IMG/VR virus record: IMGVR_UViG_3300046542_000361
From: a virus
Lineage: Duplodnaviria > Heunggongvirae > Uroviricota > Caudoviricetes
Strand: one strand, 5' to 3'
DNA length: 51,436 nucleotides
Part shown: positions 35,917-44,067 of the stretch, one piece after another
Layout: the number at the start of each line of letters is the position of its first letter
How positions within the stretch are numbered: the stretch's first letter is position 1
Notes under the pieces: model-generated
Told to the model about the DNA's origin: nothing
Database searches by the model: none
The model's input: the letters and a program-made list of their open reading frames with translations, nothing else
Program-made: the position numbers and the translations under genes

Positions 35917-37491
35917 TTACTTTGCGGCTGTGGAGCCTTGTTTGTTCGGCGACGTCTTCGTGACCTGCCCCTGTCTGGAGGGACCGGCCGGCGCTTTCGT
36001 GCCGAAGGTTGAGGGAACAGCCAGAAGATCCACACCTTCCAGCCATTTGTTGATGTCCTTCTCCATCTTCGCGCGGATATCCGCCTTCAGACGCGGGAAG
36101 AGCTTGTTGACGACGACACGCAGCTGCTCGCGGCGAACTTCGGCAGGCGCCATGATCGTTGCGAGCTGCTCGGCGACCGCAAGGTCATCCATCAGACGCA
36201 TGACGTCATAGGTTTCGGGATACTTGACCAGCTTGTCGGTCGGAACCGTTTCACCAGCCCAGAGGCACACCAGCTCGACCAGCTCGTTTTCGACCTTCTC
36301 GCAGGACTGACCCTTCGAGGTCAGCAGCGAGTTGACGCGTTCGAAATCGTAGGCCTTGGCAACACCCGAGGAATTGTCGATGCCGACGGCATTGTCTTCC
36401 TTGGTGCGTTCGCCGGCCAGGCCGACGGTGTTGTAGATCTCGTTGATGATCTTGTTGATCACCGTCAGGATCACGCCCGCCTGCTTCGGATCGGGCGAAA
36501 GATATTCAGGCTTGCCGGAGCCGAGACCACCGTCATAGGTGAAGACGCGCTTGGTGCCAGCCTCGATCAGCTGGTTATAGCCGTCTTCGCCCGGCATAAG
36601 GTTCTGCGCCGGCATGGCGAGCTGCGAGAAGGTCTGATCCTGAATGATCGCATCCAGGTTCGACAGATAGTTGGCGATCGCGCGGTCGAGATAGGCGATA
36701 TCGTCGATCAGGCCAGGCGTGCGATACGGATTATCGGTGATGATGTGATCGAGGAAGATGATCGGCACCTTCTTCAGATCGTGCAAACCGCGGTCGATCT
36801 CGACGATCTTCTTGGCGACCTTCTTGCGGCCACGGGTGTCCTGCGAGGTTTCTTCCTGCTCTTCGTAGAGCACCCACTCTTCGCGCGTCCACAGACGCAC
36901 GCGGGTGACGACCTCGCCGGTGCCGTTCAACGGATCGGCGTCGTCACGGAAATATTCGCGCACCTTGACCCAGAGCAGACCACCGTCGCCGAGCTCGTCA
37001 TAGGCATAGTCGAGCAGGTCGGTCGCATCGACCGTATAGGCGTAGATCTTGCGCTTGGCCTTCTTGGCTTCAGCCACCGAGATCGCGCCTTCGCGCGCAT
37101 TGGTGTCGACAACCAGCGCCACGCGACCCTTAACCGAGCTCGAGGTGCCGGCCGAGCGCATCAGCTGGTCGATGCGCATGTTCTGCAAGGTCGAGCTCTT
37201 CCAGAAGTCCTTGATGGTCTGGGAGGCGTTATCGGTGTCGCGGGTGATCTGGCCCTTGAACAGGTATTTGGTGACGAGCTCGACGACTTCGCGGGTATGG
37301 TTGAAGCGGTAGGCGCGCTCGAGGCGCTTCTTGTATTCGTCCTCACCTTCCTTGTGATAGCGGAAGATGTTTTCTTCGAACCAGGTGCGGCCGCCCTCGT
37401 AGGTCTTCTCGAGGAAACGCCAATGACCGATCGACCGGGCGTAATCCGGGTGTCGCCGATCATAAAAGCTTCTGAGCAGATCCGTGTTCAT
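35917..37491 (-). CDS. Portal protein
   Basis: 524 aa after terL; start MNTDLL; SGVAKAYDF, DIAYLDRA. Confidence 0.88.
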   Translation of the reverse strand: MNTDLLRSFYDRRHPDYARSIGHWRFLEKTYEGGRTWFEENIFRYHKEGEDEYKKRLERAYRFNHTREVVELVTKYLFKGQITRDTDNASQTIKDFWKSSTLQNMRIDQLMRSAGTSSSVKGRVALVVDTNAREGAISVAEAKKAKRKIYAYTVDATDLLDYAYDELGDGGLLWVKVREYFRDDADPLNGTGEVVTRVRLWTREEWVLYEEQEETSQDTRGRKKVAKKIVEIDRGLHDLKKVPIIFLDHIITDNPYRTPGLIDDIAYLDRAIANYLSNLDAIIQDQTFSQLAMPAQNLMPGEDGYNQLIEAGTKRVFTYDGGLGSGKPEYLSPDPKQAGVILTVINKIINEIYNTVGLAGERTKEDNAVGIDNSSGVAKAYDFERVNSLLTSKGQSCEKVENELVELVCLWAGETVPTDKLVKYPETYDVMRLMDDLAVAEQLATIMAPAEVRREQLRVVVNKLFPRLKADIRAKMEKDINKWLEGVDLLAVPSTFGTKAPAGPSRQGQVTKTSPNKQGSTAAK

Positions 37492-37518
37492 GGCCGTCCT
37501 TCGAATTAAGCGCCAATG

Positions 37519-37538
37519 GTAAATCAATATTGACTGAC
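37519..37538. promoter_or_regulatory. 20-bp palindromic motif A
   Basis: GTAAATCAATATTGACTGAC. Confidence 0.7.
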
Positions 37539-37546
37539 CGTCAACG

Positions 37547-38821
37547 TCACAGAGAGACGCCGAGGATCTGGATCTTGCGGACGGGATATTCGAACTCGGC
37601 GAAGTAGCCAAGCGCGTCGGCGGGGTGCTCGACGCCGGCCTTCTTGTCGACATCGCGGGTGCCGGCCTTGTAGATCGTCTGCTCCATGGCTTCGATCGTG
37701 TGCTTGCACTTGCGGTCGAACTTCATCCGGATCGTGCCCTCGGCATCCATCAGCAGCCGGTTGACGGCGTTGACGCGATCATCGACAGGCGGATGCTTGC
37801 GATGGAATTTGATCCGCTTGAAGCCAGCATCGCGCAGGATCTCGAGCGAGGATTCGCCGCGTGCGTGCGTGCGGTTGTTGCCGGCCGGGTCAGGATAGAT
37901 CGTGATGTTGTTGATATGCCGGTGATAGCGGCGCCCGAGCTCGTCGGCTGTCTCCTGGGTATTGGAGCCAAGCAGGATCGCTTCGTCGACCACCCAGATC
38001 TCGCCGTTTGCCTGCTCCTGCATGATGACCGAGCTCATCGGATCGATGTTGAAGTCCTGGCCGATGATGATCGGCAGCTTCGGATTGAACGGGTAGTCGC
38101 CGACATGGGTGCGCCGGTCGAACGGATAGTAGACACGACCCGACATCGACTCGAAGGACGCCTCGAATTCCTGGCGGAAGCTCTTCGGATCCATTTCACG
38201 CCGGGCCGTCTCGATTTCGGCGCGCGGAATGAACGGCGACATGATCGTCGGGAACTGCCAGCTCTTCCACGAATTGACGACGATCTTACCCTTGTCGTCG
38301 CGGTAGGTGTCGCCGCGCTGACCGAGCACATACATGTCGTAGAGCCAGTTGAAGGCCTTCGGCGTGCCGATGAAGATGACCTGGCCGCCCGTCGAGGCGA
38401 GCGTCGGACGCAGAACCGTCTTCCAGGTCTCTTCCTTCATATCCTGGGCTTCGTCGAGCACCAGGAAGTTGATCCCGACGCCGCGCAGCGTGTCGGGGTT
38501 ATCGGCGCCCTTCAGCTCGATGCGCGAGCCGTTGATCAGCCGCACGGTCATCCGGGTCTCGTTAATGCCGTTATAGACGATCAGCGCCTTCGGGATCGAG
38601 CGCTTCAGGTCGTCCCAAAGGATCTGCCGGGCCATCTGATAGGTCGGCGCCACATACCAGCACAGCTGGTTCTTGCGGCTGACGGCCGCCTTGATCAACG
38701 CGATCTTGGAGATCTGCGTCTTGCCCCAGCGTCGGCCGGCGACGATGACCTTGAAGCGGCGCTTGTCCTTCAGAACGATCTTCTGACCGCGGTGCGCCTT
38801 CAAAACAAGCGGAGCACTCAC
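37547..38821 (-). CDS. terL: Terminase large subunit
   Basis: AGRRWGKT, APTYQMA, LRGVG..FLVLDEA, IGTP, GQDFNID, DALGY. Confidence 0.95.
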   Translation of the reverse strand: MSAPLVLKAHRGQKIVLKDKRRFKVIVAGRRWGKTQISKIALIKAAVSRKNQLCWYVAPTYQMARQILWDDLKRSIPKALIVYNGINETRMTVRLINGSRIELKGADNPDTLRGVGINFLVLDEAQDMKEETWKTVLRPTLASTGGQVIFIGTPKAFNWLYDMYVLGQRGDTYRDDKGKIVVNSWKSWQFPTIMSPFIPRAEIETARREMDPKSFRQEFEASFESMSGRVYYPFDRRTHVGDYPFNPKLPIIIGQDFNIDPMSSVIMQEQANGEIWVVDEAILLGSNTQETADELGRRYHRHINNITIYPDPAGNNRTHARGESSLEILRDAGFKRIKFHRKHPPVDDRVNAVNRLLMDAEGTIRMKFDRKCKHTIEAMEQTIYKAGTRDVDKKAGVEHPADALGYFAEFEYPVRKIQILGVSL

Positions 38822-39504
38822 GCGGTAATCTCCACCGCGTTGATTTCGGCCAGGATCGCATCCGGGTCTTCACCCTCGTCGATCAGACCGTTCTCCTTGT
38901 GGTGCGAGAGAATGTCGTCGTCGGTCAGATCCTCGAAATGGATCTCCGGCAGATCATCCTCGTCGATCAGCTCATTGGCGCGCAGAACCTCGAGCCTGGT
39001 CAGGGTGTTTTCGACCAGGATCTTCTGGTAGCGCTGGACGGCTTTGAGGTCTTCGTCTGTCGCAGCGATCGTGCCGGAGGGAATGGTCCCTGCCCCGGCC
39101 GCCTTGATGGCGTCGGTGACGATCTTCTTTGCCAGCATGTCGGCTTGCTTCAGCGCCCGGTAGCCGGCAGTCCTGGTTTCCTCGATCCACTCGGCGCGCT
39201 TGTCGTTGTAGCGCTCCTGCTGCTGGGAGACCTGCTGAGCCGCTGCCTGCGTCGTCGCTGCCTTGACACCAGCTGCTGCCGCGGCGCTCACCTCTGACGC
39301 CCTGGTGCCGTATTCTACGCCATCCTGCTTGAAACGACGCCACAGCGCCTGCCGGGAGACGTCGTATTTCTCGCCGAGCTCCGACAGACGCATCTTGCCG
39401 AGCTCATACAGCTCCTTGGCCGCGGCATAGTCCGCGTCAGAGAGGCGCTTGGCTTTCGGATCGGCAGCGTCTTCGCTCGCCGGAGTAGTCGTTTCTTCAG
39501 TCAT
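38818..39504 (-). CDS. terS: Terminase small subunit
   Basis: N-terminal HTH (LSELGEKYDVSRQALWRRF); overlaps the terL start. Confidence 0.75.
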   Translation of the reverse strand: MTEETTTPASEDAADPKAKRLSDADYAAAKELYELGKMRLSELGEKYDVSRQALWRRFKQDGVEYGTRASEVSAAAAAGVKAATTQAAAQQVSQQQERYNDKRAEWIEETRTAGYRALKQADMLAKKIVTDAIKAAGAGTIPSGTIAATDEDLKAVQRYQKILVENTLTRLEVLRANELIDEDDLPEIHFEDLTDDDILSHHKENGLIDEGEDPDAILAEINAVEITA

Positions 39505-39515
39505 CACCGGAACCA

Positions 39516-39535
39516 GTCAATCAATATTTATTTAT
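39516..39535. promoter_or_regulatory. 20-bp palindromic motif A
   Basis: GTCAATCAATATTTATTTAT. Confidence 0.7.
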
Positions 39536-39552
39536 CGTAACACGCGCACTCG

Positions 39553-39635
39553 TTCCGGTCCAACTCCCTTCATAGTATCTTATATCTGTAACTAACTATT
39601 AGATATTAAATACATAGAAGGGAGACGGACCGGAA
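39553..39635. repeat. Palindromic element copy 2 (TTCCGGTCC...AT-rich...GGACCGGAA)
   Basis: Arms TTCCGGTCCaaCTCCCTTC / GAAGGGAGacGGACCGGAA. Confidence 0.8.
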
Positions 39636-39638
39636 AGC

Positions 39639-39881
39639 TTACCGGAACCACCGGTAGAGAAGCATGTTTGGTTTAATCAGAACGGACATGCCGGCTCGCT
39701 CTTTCGTCACCCAGTCTCTTTCCTCGAAAAGCTTGATGATCTTCCGGAGTGAACCGTATGCGCAGCCGTAGGAGAGACTCTCGTGGATCTCGGTCACGGT
39801 CAGAAACCGGCCGGTATCGGCCGCCTTCAGAATGATACCGGCGATCTCGCGATGTTTCTCCCCTCTGCGGATCATCGCCAT
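39639..39881 (-). CDS. Winged-helix DNA-binding protein
   Basis: 80 aa, helix-turn-helix then beta wing (WVTKERAGMSVLIKP); TAATG-coupled to the GNAT gene. Confidence 0.65.
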   Translation of the reverse strand: MAMIRRGEKHREIAGIILKAADTGRFLTVTEIHESLSYGCAYGSLRKIIKLFEERDWVTKERAGMSVLIKPNMLLYRWFR

Positions 39882-40765
39882 TACGGCTTCCACTTCAAAG
39901 GTTCGGACGTGCCCTGGCAGTCGAAGGCCAGAAGCGGCAACCGGTCGGGAATGGAGCCCGGCTTGTCGACCGCTTTCCAGACGCCATACATCGGTGACGC
40001 CAGACTGACCTGCTGAATACCCTTGACCAGGTCGCGCACGCTCATCGCGGCGACCTTTGCCTGGGCCTTGTCACGGGCAGCACCGGTGTTTTCCATCGCC
40101 GAATTGCGCAGGTAGAAGTCCCGGCAGGCTTGCGCGAGCTTCTCCGGATCGGCCGAGGCCTCGATCTCCTGGATGACCGCCTCGAAGTCCTGGGGCGTCG
40201 CCTGAAAGTGCGAGCGGAAGAATTTCATGCCGACATCGTATTTGTTGGCGTTCTGGGGTGGCGCGAACTGAAAGCCCGCCTTCTGGCCGAAGACGTTGAA
40301 CTTCGACATCGACGACTGGATCTCGATCACCTTCAGCGGCTTTGCCAGATCCGCGGCTTCCATGCGGCTGACCAGGTTCATCATCCGGTAGCCGGCGCCG
40401 ATACCGCGATACATCGTGTCGACGACGAACCGCGAGATCACCCGGAAGTTCTTGTTGAGGTAGACGAAGCGATTGGTGTTGGTCATCTTCGTCTCCTGCC
40501 CGGTCGGCTTGAGTTTCGGAAAGACCAGGTGCCGCTCGCGCAGCATGCCCTTGGGCGCGCCGGTGACGAGGACGCCGATCGTGTCGGTGCCAATCACCAG
40601 GCGCCAGAACTTCGGCGCGAAGGGCAGTTTTTCAGCCTTGTAGTGGAGATCGTGCAGCAGCTCCCAGTCGGCAGCCGTGCCGCGTTCGACAAACATGTCG
40701 TCGGCCAGCGTGAAGCGTGCTCGAGGGTTCTCAAAACGCTGCACAATCAGCTCAGGTTCGCTCAC
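39881..40765 (-). CDS. GNAT-fold acetyltransferase-like protein
   Basis: ISRFVVDTMYRGIGAG acyl-CoA-binding motif A. Confidence 0.75.
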   Translation of the reverse strand: MSEPELIVQRFENPRARFTLADDMFVERGTAADWELLHDLHYKAEKLPFAPKFWRLVIGTDTIGVLVTGAPKGMLRERHLVFPKLKPTGQETKMTNTNRFVYLNKNFRVISRFVVDTMYRGIGAGYRMMNLVSRMEAADLAKPLKVIEIQSSMSKFNVFGQKAGFQFAPPQNANKYDVGMKFFRSHFQATPQDFEAVIQEIEASADPEKLAQACRDFYLRNSAMENTGAARDKAQAKVAAMSVRDLVKGIQQVSLASPMYGVWKAVDKPGSIPDRLPLLAFDCQGTSEPLKWKP

Positions 40766-40858
40766 AGCGCGCTCCGTCGGGTTTTGCGTATGCGGGTGCT
40801 CCCGCAGTGCAGGCGCTCACCAGCAGCGAAATAGCGAAAGCAAGAATTAGCGATTTCG

Positions 40859-41050
40859 TCACGCGTCCACTGCCTCAACCAGGCCAAGCTGCACCGCCTC
40901 TTCCATGTCGAAGCGCAGGCTGCCGGTCGTGTCCTTGTCGAAGCCGATGATCACCTCACCGTGTTCGGTGAGGTATCGCGAGACCACGGGACCGATACCG
41001 ACTTCGGTGCCGGCCGGGATGACGATATCCCTGGTGGTGCGATAGCCCAT
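40859..41050 (-). CDS. Hypothetical protein (63 aa)
   Basis: TGATG-coupled to the upstream gene. Confidence 0.6.
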   Translation of the reverse strand: MGYRTTRDIVIPAGTEVGIGPVVSRYLTEHGEVIIGFDKDTTGSLRFDMEEAVQLGLVEAVDA

Positions 41051-41352
41051 CAGACGAGCTCCCAGTCTTCGGCGCCCATGTCGGCCTGCGAGGCAACCCA
41101 GCCGACAACCGTCGAGCCGTCGGCAGCGCGCAGGCAGAAAGACGGCATCCGGATCGTGGTGCCTTCGTCGCCGTCGGTGAAGAGATCGACGCGAACGCTG
41201 TTGATCAGATCAACACCGTTGCGAATGCTGACCTCGGTCGACCGCGGTGCTGAGCCCGGCATCAGGAAGACGAACATCTTCTTGCCATTCCAGCCGGCGC
41301 GGGCCGCCCGCTTGCCATTTTTGACTGCCTCGAGTGCTTCGCCCAAGTTCAT
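41050..41352 (-). CDS. DUF2829 / Tad2-like protein
   Basis: ALEAVKNGKRAARAGWNGKKMFVFL...GWVASQADMGAEDW. Confidence 0.85.
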   Translation of the reverse strand: MNLGEALEAVKNGKRAARAGWNGKKMFVFLMPGSAPRSTEVSIRNGVDLINSVRVDLFTDGDEGTTIRMPSFCLRAADGSTVVGWVASQADMGAEDWELV

Positions 41353-41993
41353 GCTGCTTCTCCTGTTGTGATATCGACCTTTTCCTTGAAGCGCTTGTAG
41401 ACGGCGAGGTTGGGCGCCAGTTCCGCTTCGAGGTCGGTGTGGGTGGTTGCGACGATGAGGCTCTTGCCCCGTTGACGAGCGACCTTCTGGACGCTCATGG
41501 CGATGGCCTTGGCTGTGACGCGGTCGAGCACGGCGCCGAACTCGTCGGCGACCCAGACATCGGCGTCGGTCTCCATGACCTTTGCCAGCTTCAGGCGATA
41601 GCGCTGGCCGTCGGAAAGCTCCGAGGGCTTGCGGATATAGATCCAGGCGTCGGAGATCCCGGCGCAGGCCAAAAGATAGAGGGCGTCGTTGCTGGTCTTG
41701 CCGAGCTGGTCGATCACCGGACGGTCATCGAGCACGACCTCGTTCAGATCAGCGACCACCCTCCCCTGCTCGCGCATCTGGCGGGTAAGGTCGCGCAGCA
41801 GCAGCGACTTGCCGGAGCCGGACTGACCGTTGATGTAGATCACGTCATCGTCGCGGATATCGAGCTTGAGGTCGCGGTAGATCTCAAACCGTTTCTCGGC
41901 CAGTCCCAGGCCGAAGGACTCGGCGATCTCCAGCACGCGCGGGCTGCGCTCAACCGACGAGGTGAAGCCGCAATTGATGGTGTAGACGGTCAT
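41349..41993 (-). CDS. Stand-alone ABC-type ATPase
   Basis: GQSGSGKS, LSDGQ, VWVADEF, ATTH; no adjacent membrane subunit. Confidence 0.9.
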   Translation of the reverse strand: MTVYTINCGFTSSVERSPRVLEIAESFGLGLAEKRFEIYRDLKLDIRDDDVIYINGQSGSGKSLLLRDLTRQMREQGRVVADLNEVVLDDRPVIDQLGKTSNDALYLLACAGISDAWIYIRKPSELSDGQRYRLKLAKVMETDADVWVADEFGAVLDRVTAKAIAMSVQKVARQRGKSLIVATTHTDLEAELAPNLAVYKRFKEKVDITTGEAA

Positions 41994-42406
41994 TCGTATT
42001 CCCACTCTTCTTCAGGGACGGCTGTCGGGTCGAGACGCTCGCCACCGATCATCAGCGCCGGCGCGGTTGCGGCCGCCTGGTCGGCGAGCTCGAGCTTCAG
42101 CGTCTCCATGACGCCAACGAAGGCGTGCAGGTCGTTCGGCGGGATGAGACGATCATCGAGCAGGATCTCGGTCAGGAAGATCTTGTGCTTGGTGTCGCGG
42201 GAGAGCAGCACCAGGCCTTCGAGGTGCCCTTCCCGCGTCATCTTCAAAAGACCCTCGAGGATCTCGACCATGGCGTCGCGGTGTTCCATCACCGCGTCGG
42301 CCGCCTGTCTCTTGGCTTTGCGTGTCGCCGCGCGCTTCTGCTTGCGCTCTTCGGAGCGGGCGAGCGCAAAGGGCTTGCGGGTCTTCAGATCGATGACCTC
42401 GCTCAT
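41990..42406 (-). CDS. Hypothetical protein
   Basis: 138 aa, ATGA overlaps on both sides. Confidence 0.65.
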   Translation of the reverse strand: MSEVIDLKTRKPFALARSEERKQKRAATRKAKRQAADAVMEHRDAMVEILEGLLKMTREGHLEGLVLLSRDTKHKIFLTEILLDDRLIPPNDLHAFVGVMETLKLELADQAAATAPALMIGGERLDPTAVPEEEWEYE

Positions 42407-43065
42407 GCAGCTTGATCCGTTGCTTCCAGGACGTAGATCAGCGCCTCGACGCCCTTGCGGCCGGAGCGCTGCTCGACCCGCGACATGAGATCGCGGATCT
42501 TGCGGCTCTCGGCGATCGTGACGCGCTTGAAGCCCAGCGCATCGGCAACCGGTGCGGCGACATCGTCGACCTCTTTGGTCTTCTGCTCGTTCTCGGTCTT
42601 CTGCTTTTCGACCGCAGCGCCGATGTCGTCGACGAAGATCGTGTCGTCCATGTCGATCAGGTCAGCGGTCGCGAAGTCCAGCTCGTGCTCGGAATAGCCG
42701 AGCATCGTCAGATCGATACCCTCGAAGTCCGACAGCATCGCCAGTTCAGCCTGCTCGAGGCCGAGATCGTATTCGGTGGATGCGACGCGGTTGTCAGCCA
42801 GGCGCAGCGCGGCCGCCTCTTCCTTGGTCAGATCGTCGCGGATGATCACCGGCGCCTTCTCGAGGCCAAGCTTCAGGGCAGCAAGCCGTCGGCCGTGGCC
42901 GGCGATGATCACCAGATCCTTGTCAACGACGATCGGCGAGGTCCAGCCGTAGCGGCTGATGAGCGCCATCAGCTTCTCGACCTGGTCGTCGGAGTGCTTC
43001 TTGGCGTTGTTTTCGTATGGCACCAGGTCGGCAACAGCGACCAGCGTGACGGCCTTATTCGTCAT
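42403..43065 (-). CDS. ParB/Srx N-terminal-domain protein
   Basis: LVPYENNAKKH...GWTSPIVVD...IIAGHGRRLAA...RLADNR. Confidence 0.88.
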   Translation of the reverse strand: MTNKAVTLVAVADLVPYENNAKKHSDDQVEKLMALISRYGWTSPIVVDKDLVIIAGHGRRLAALKLGLEKAPVIIRDDLTKEEAAALRLADNRVASTEYDLGLEQAELAMLSDFEGIDLTMLGYSEHELDFATADLIDMDDTIFVDDIGAAVEKQKTENEQKTKEVDDVAAPVADALGFKRVTIAESRKIRDLMSRVEQRSGRKGVEALIYVLEATDQAA

Positions 43066-43237
43066 CGTGATATTCCCCGTAGAGTTCCATGAGTTCGTGG
43101 CGCGTCTTTTCACGCGAGCGGATCTTCTCCTCGTAGAACTCGCCGCTGTCGCACTCGCCGCAGATCGGGTTCACTCGGTTTTTCAGGAAGAAGACGCAGG
43201 ACTTGCAGTCGTCGAATTTCGGCCGGACGAAGGTCAT
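43055..43237 (-). CDS. Small zinc-finger protein
   Basis: CKSC-x11-CGEC; overlaps both neighbours. Confidence 0.6.
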   Translation of the reverse strand: MTFVRPKFDDCKSCVFFLKNRVNPICGECDSGEFYEEKIRSREKTRHELMELYGEYHDDE

Positions 43238-43980
43238 GCTGCGTCCTCGTCAAGCAGGTCATCGAGCTCATCTAGCTCGCTCTGGGCGGCCGCCTGGTTC
43301 TTGCCGGCAAGCAGCAGGTGAACCAGGGCGTCGCCGGCGTTGGTCAGCTCGTCGGAGGAGGTGAAGCCGTTGTCCTTCATCGTGCGCTCGATCAGCGCGG
43401 TGATGTCTTCGGCGTCGCGGTTGGAGACCTTGTAGCGGATGATCGTGTGGGTCTTCGGGGCTTTTGGCTGGACCGGCTCCTCACCACTGTCTTTTTCCGC
43501 TTCCTTTTCGAAGTTTTCTTCAAGACCCAGCGAATCCAGATCTATTTCAGATGTTGTGAACAGATCGGTGAAATCATGCTCGGTGTAGGGAAGGAAGTCC
43601 TTCAGTTGCTCTGCGTTGCCCATTCCCTTGATGAGGTCGGCAAAGGCGATCTGATCGTCCATGCCGTATCGCGAGTTGTCGGCGATGCCGATCTCCTTGG
43701 CCTTCAGATCGTCGATCGGACCAAGGTTGACGACCGGGATCTTTTCGAGACCCATCTTCGCCGCGATCTGGGCGCGGTGCTCGCCGCCCAGGATTTCGTA
43801 TGCGAACGGATCGCTAAATCCCGAAATAGCGATTTCGCGAACGACGGCCGGGCGAAAGAAGCCCAAGCGCCGGATGGACTCCTCCAGCTTCGCCTCGTTC
43901 TCGGGCGTCACGATGTTCGTGTTCCAGGGGTTGGGTCGCAGAGAGCTCGGATCGAGCTCGATCATCTTCGGATATGTCAT
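43234..43980 (-). CDS. ParB/Srx N-terminal-domain protein
   Basis: LRPNPWNTN...SIRRLGFFRPAVV...ILGGEHR...ADN; start MTYPKMI. Confidence 0.88.
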   Translation of the reverse strand: MTYPKMIELDPSSLRPNPWNTNIVTPENEAKLEESIRRLGFFRPAVVREIAISGFSDPFAYEILGGEHRAQIAAKMGLEKIPVVNLGPIDDLKAKEIGIADNSRYGMDDQIAFADLIKGMGNAEQLKDFLPYTEHDFTDLFTTSEIDLDSLGLEENFEKEAEKDSGEEPVQPKAPKTHTIIRYKVSNRDAEDITALIERTMKDNGFTSSDELTNAGDALVHLLLAGKNQAAAQSELDELDDLLDEDAA

Positions 43981-44007
43981 CGGCGCCTTGTGCAATAGTG
44001 GGTGGCA

Positions 44008-44027
44008 GTCAGTAAATATTGATTTAT
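44008..44027. promoter_or_regulatory. 20-bp palindromic motif A
   Basis: GTCAGTAAATATTGATTTAT, between divergent genes. Confidence 0.7.
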
Positions 44028-44067
44028 CATATCCGCCAAACAAGGCAACAGGCAAACGAGAAATTTC

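Noticed and set aside
35917-37653. 578-aa portal
   Set aside because: The extension overlaps terL and runs through motif A; the better start is 37491.
10515-39635. Palindromic elements as protelomerase (telRL) sites
   Set aside because: Two internal imperfect copies, with no central perfect palindrome and no protelomerase in the window; left open but unsupported.
40789-40804. TGCGGG-TGCT-CCCGCA hairpin as a terminator
   Set aside because: Short stem with no adjacent U tract in either direction.
41349-41993. ABC ATPase as a transporter
   Set aside because: No permease or binding-protein gene nearby.
42403-43980. ParB-like genes as partners of ParA
   Set aside because: They are 3 kb from parA, in the opposite orientation and terminase-linked, with no clear HTH; parA has its own RHH partner.
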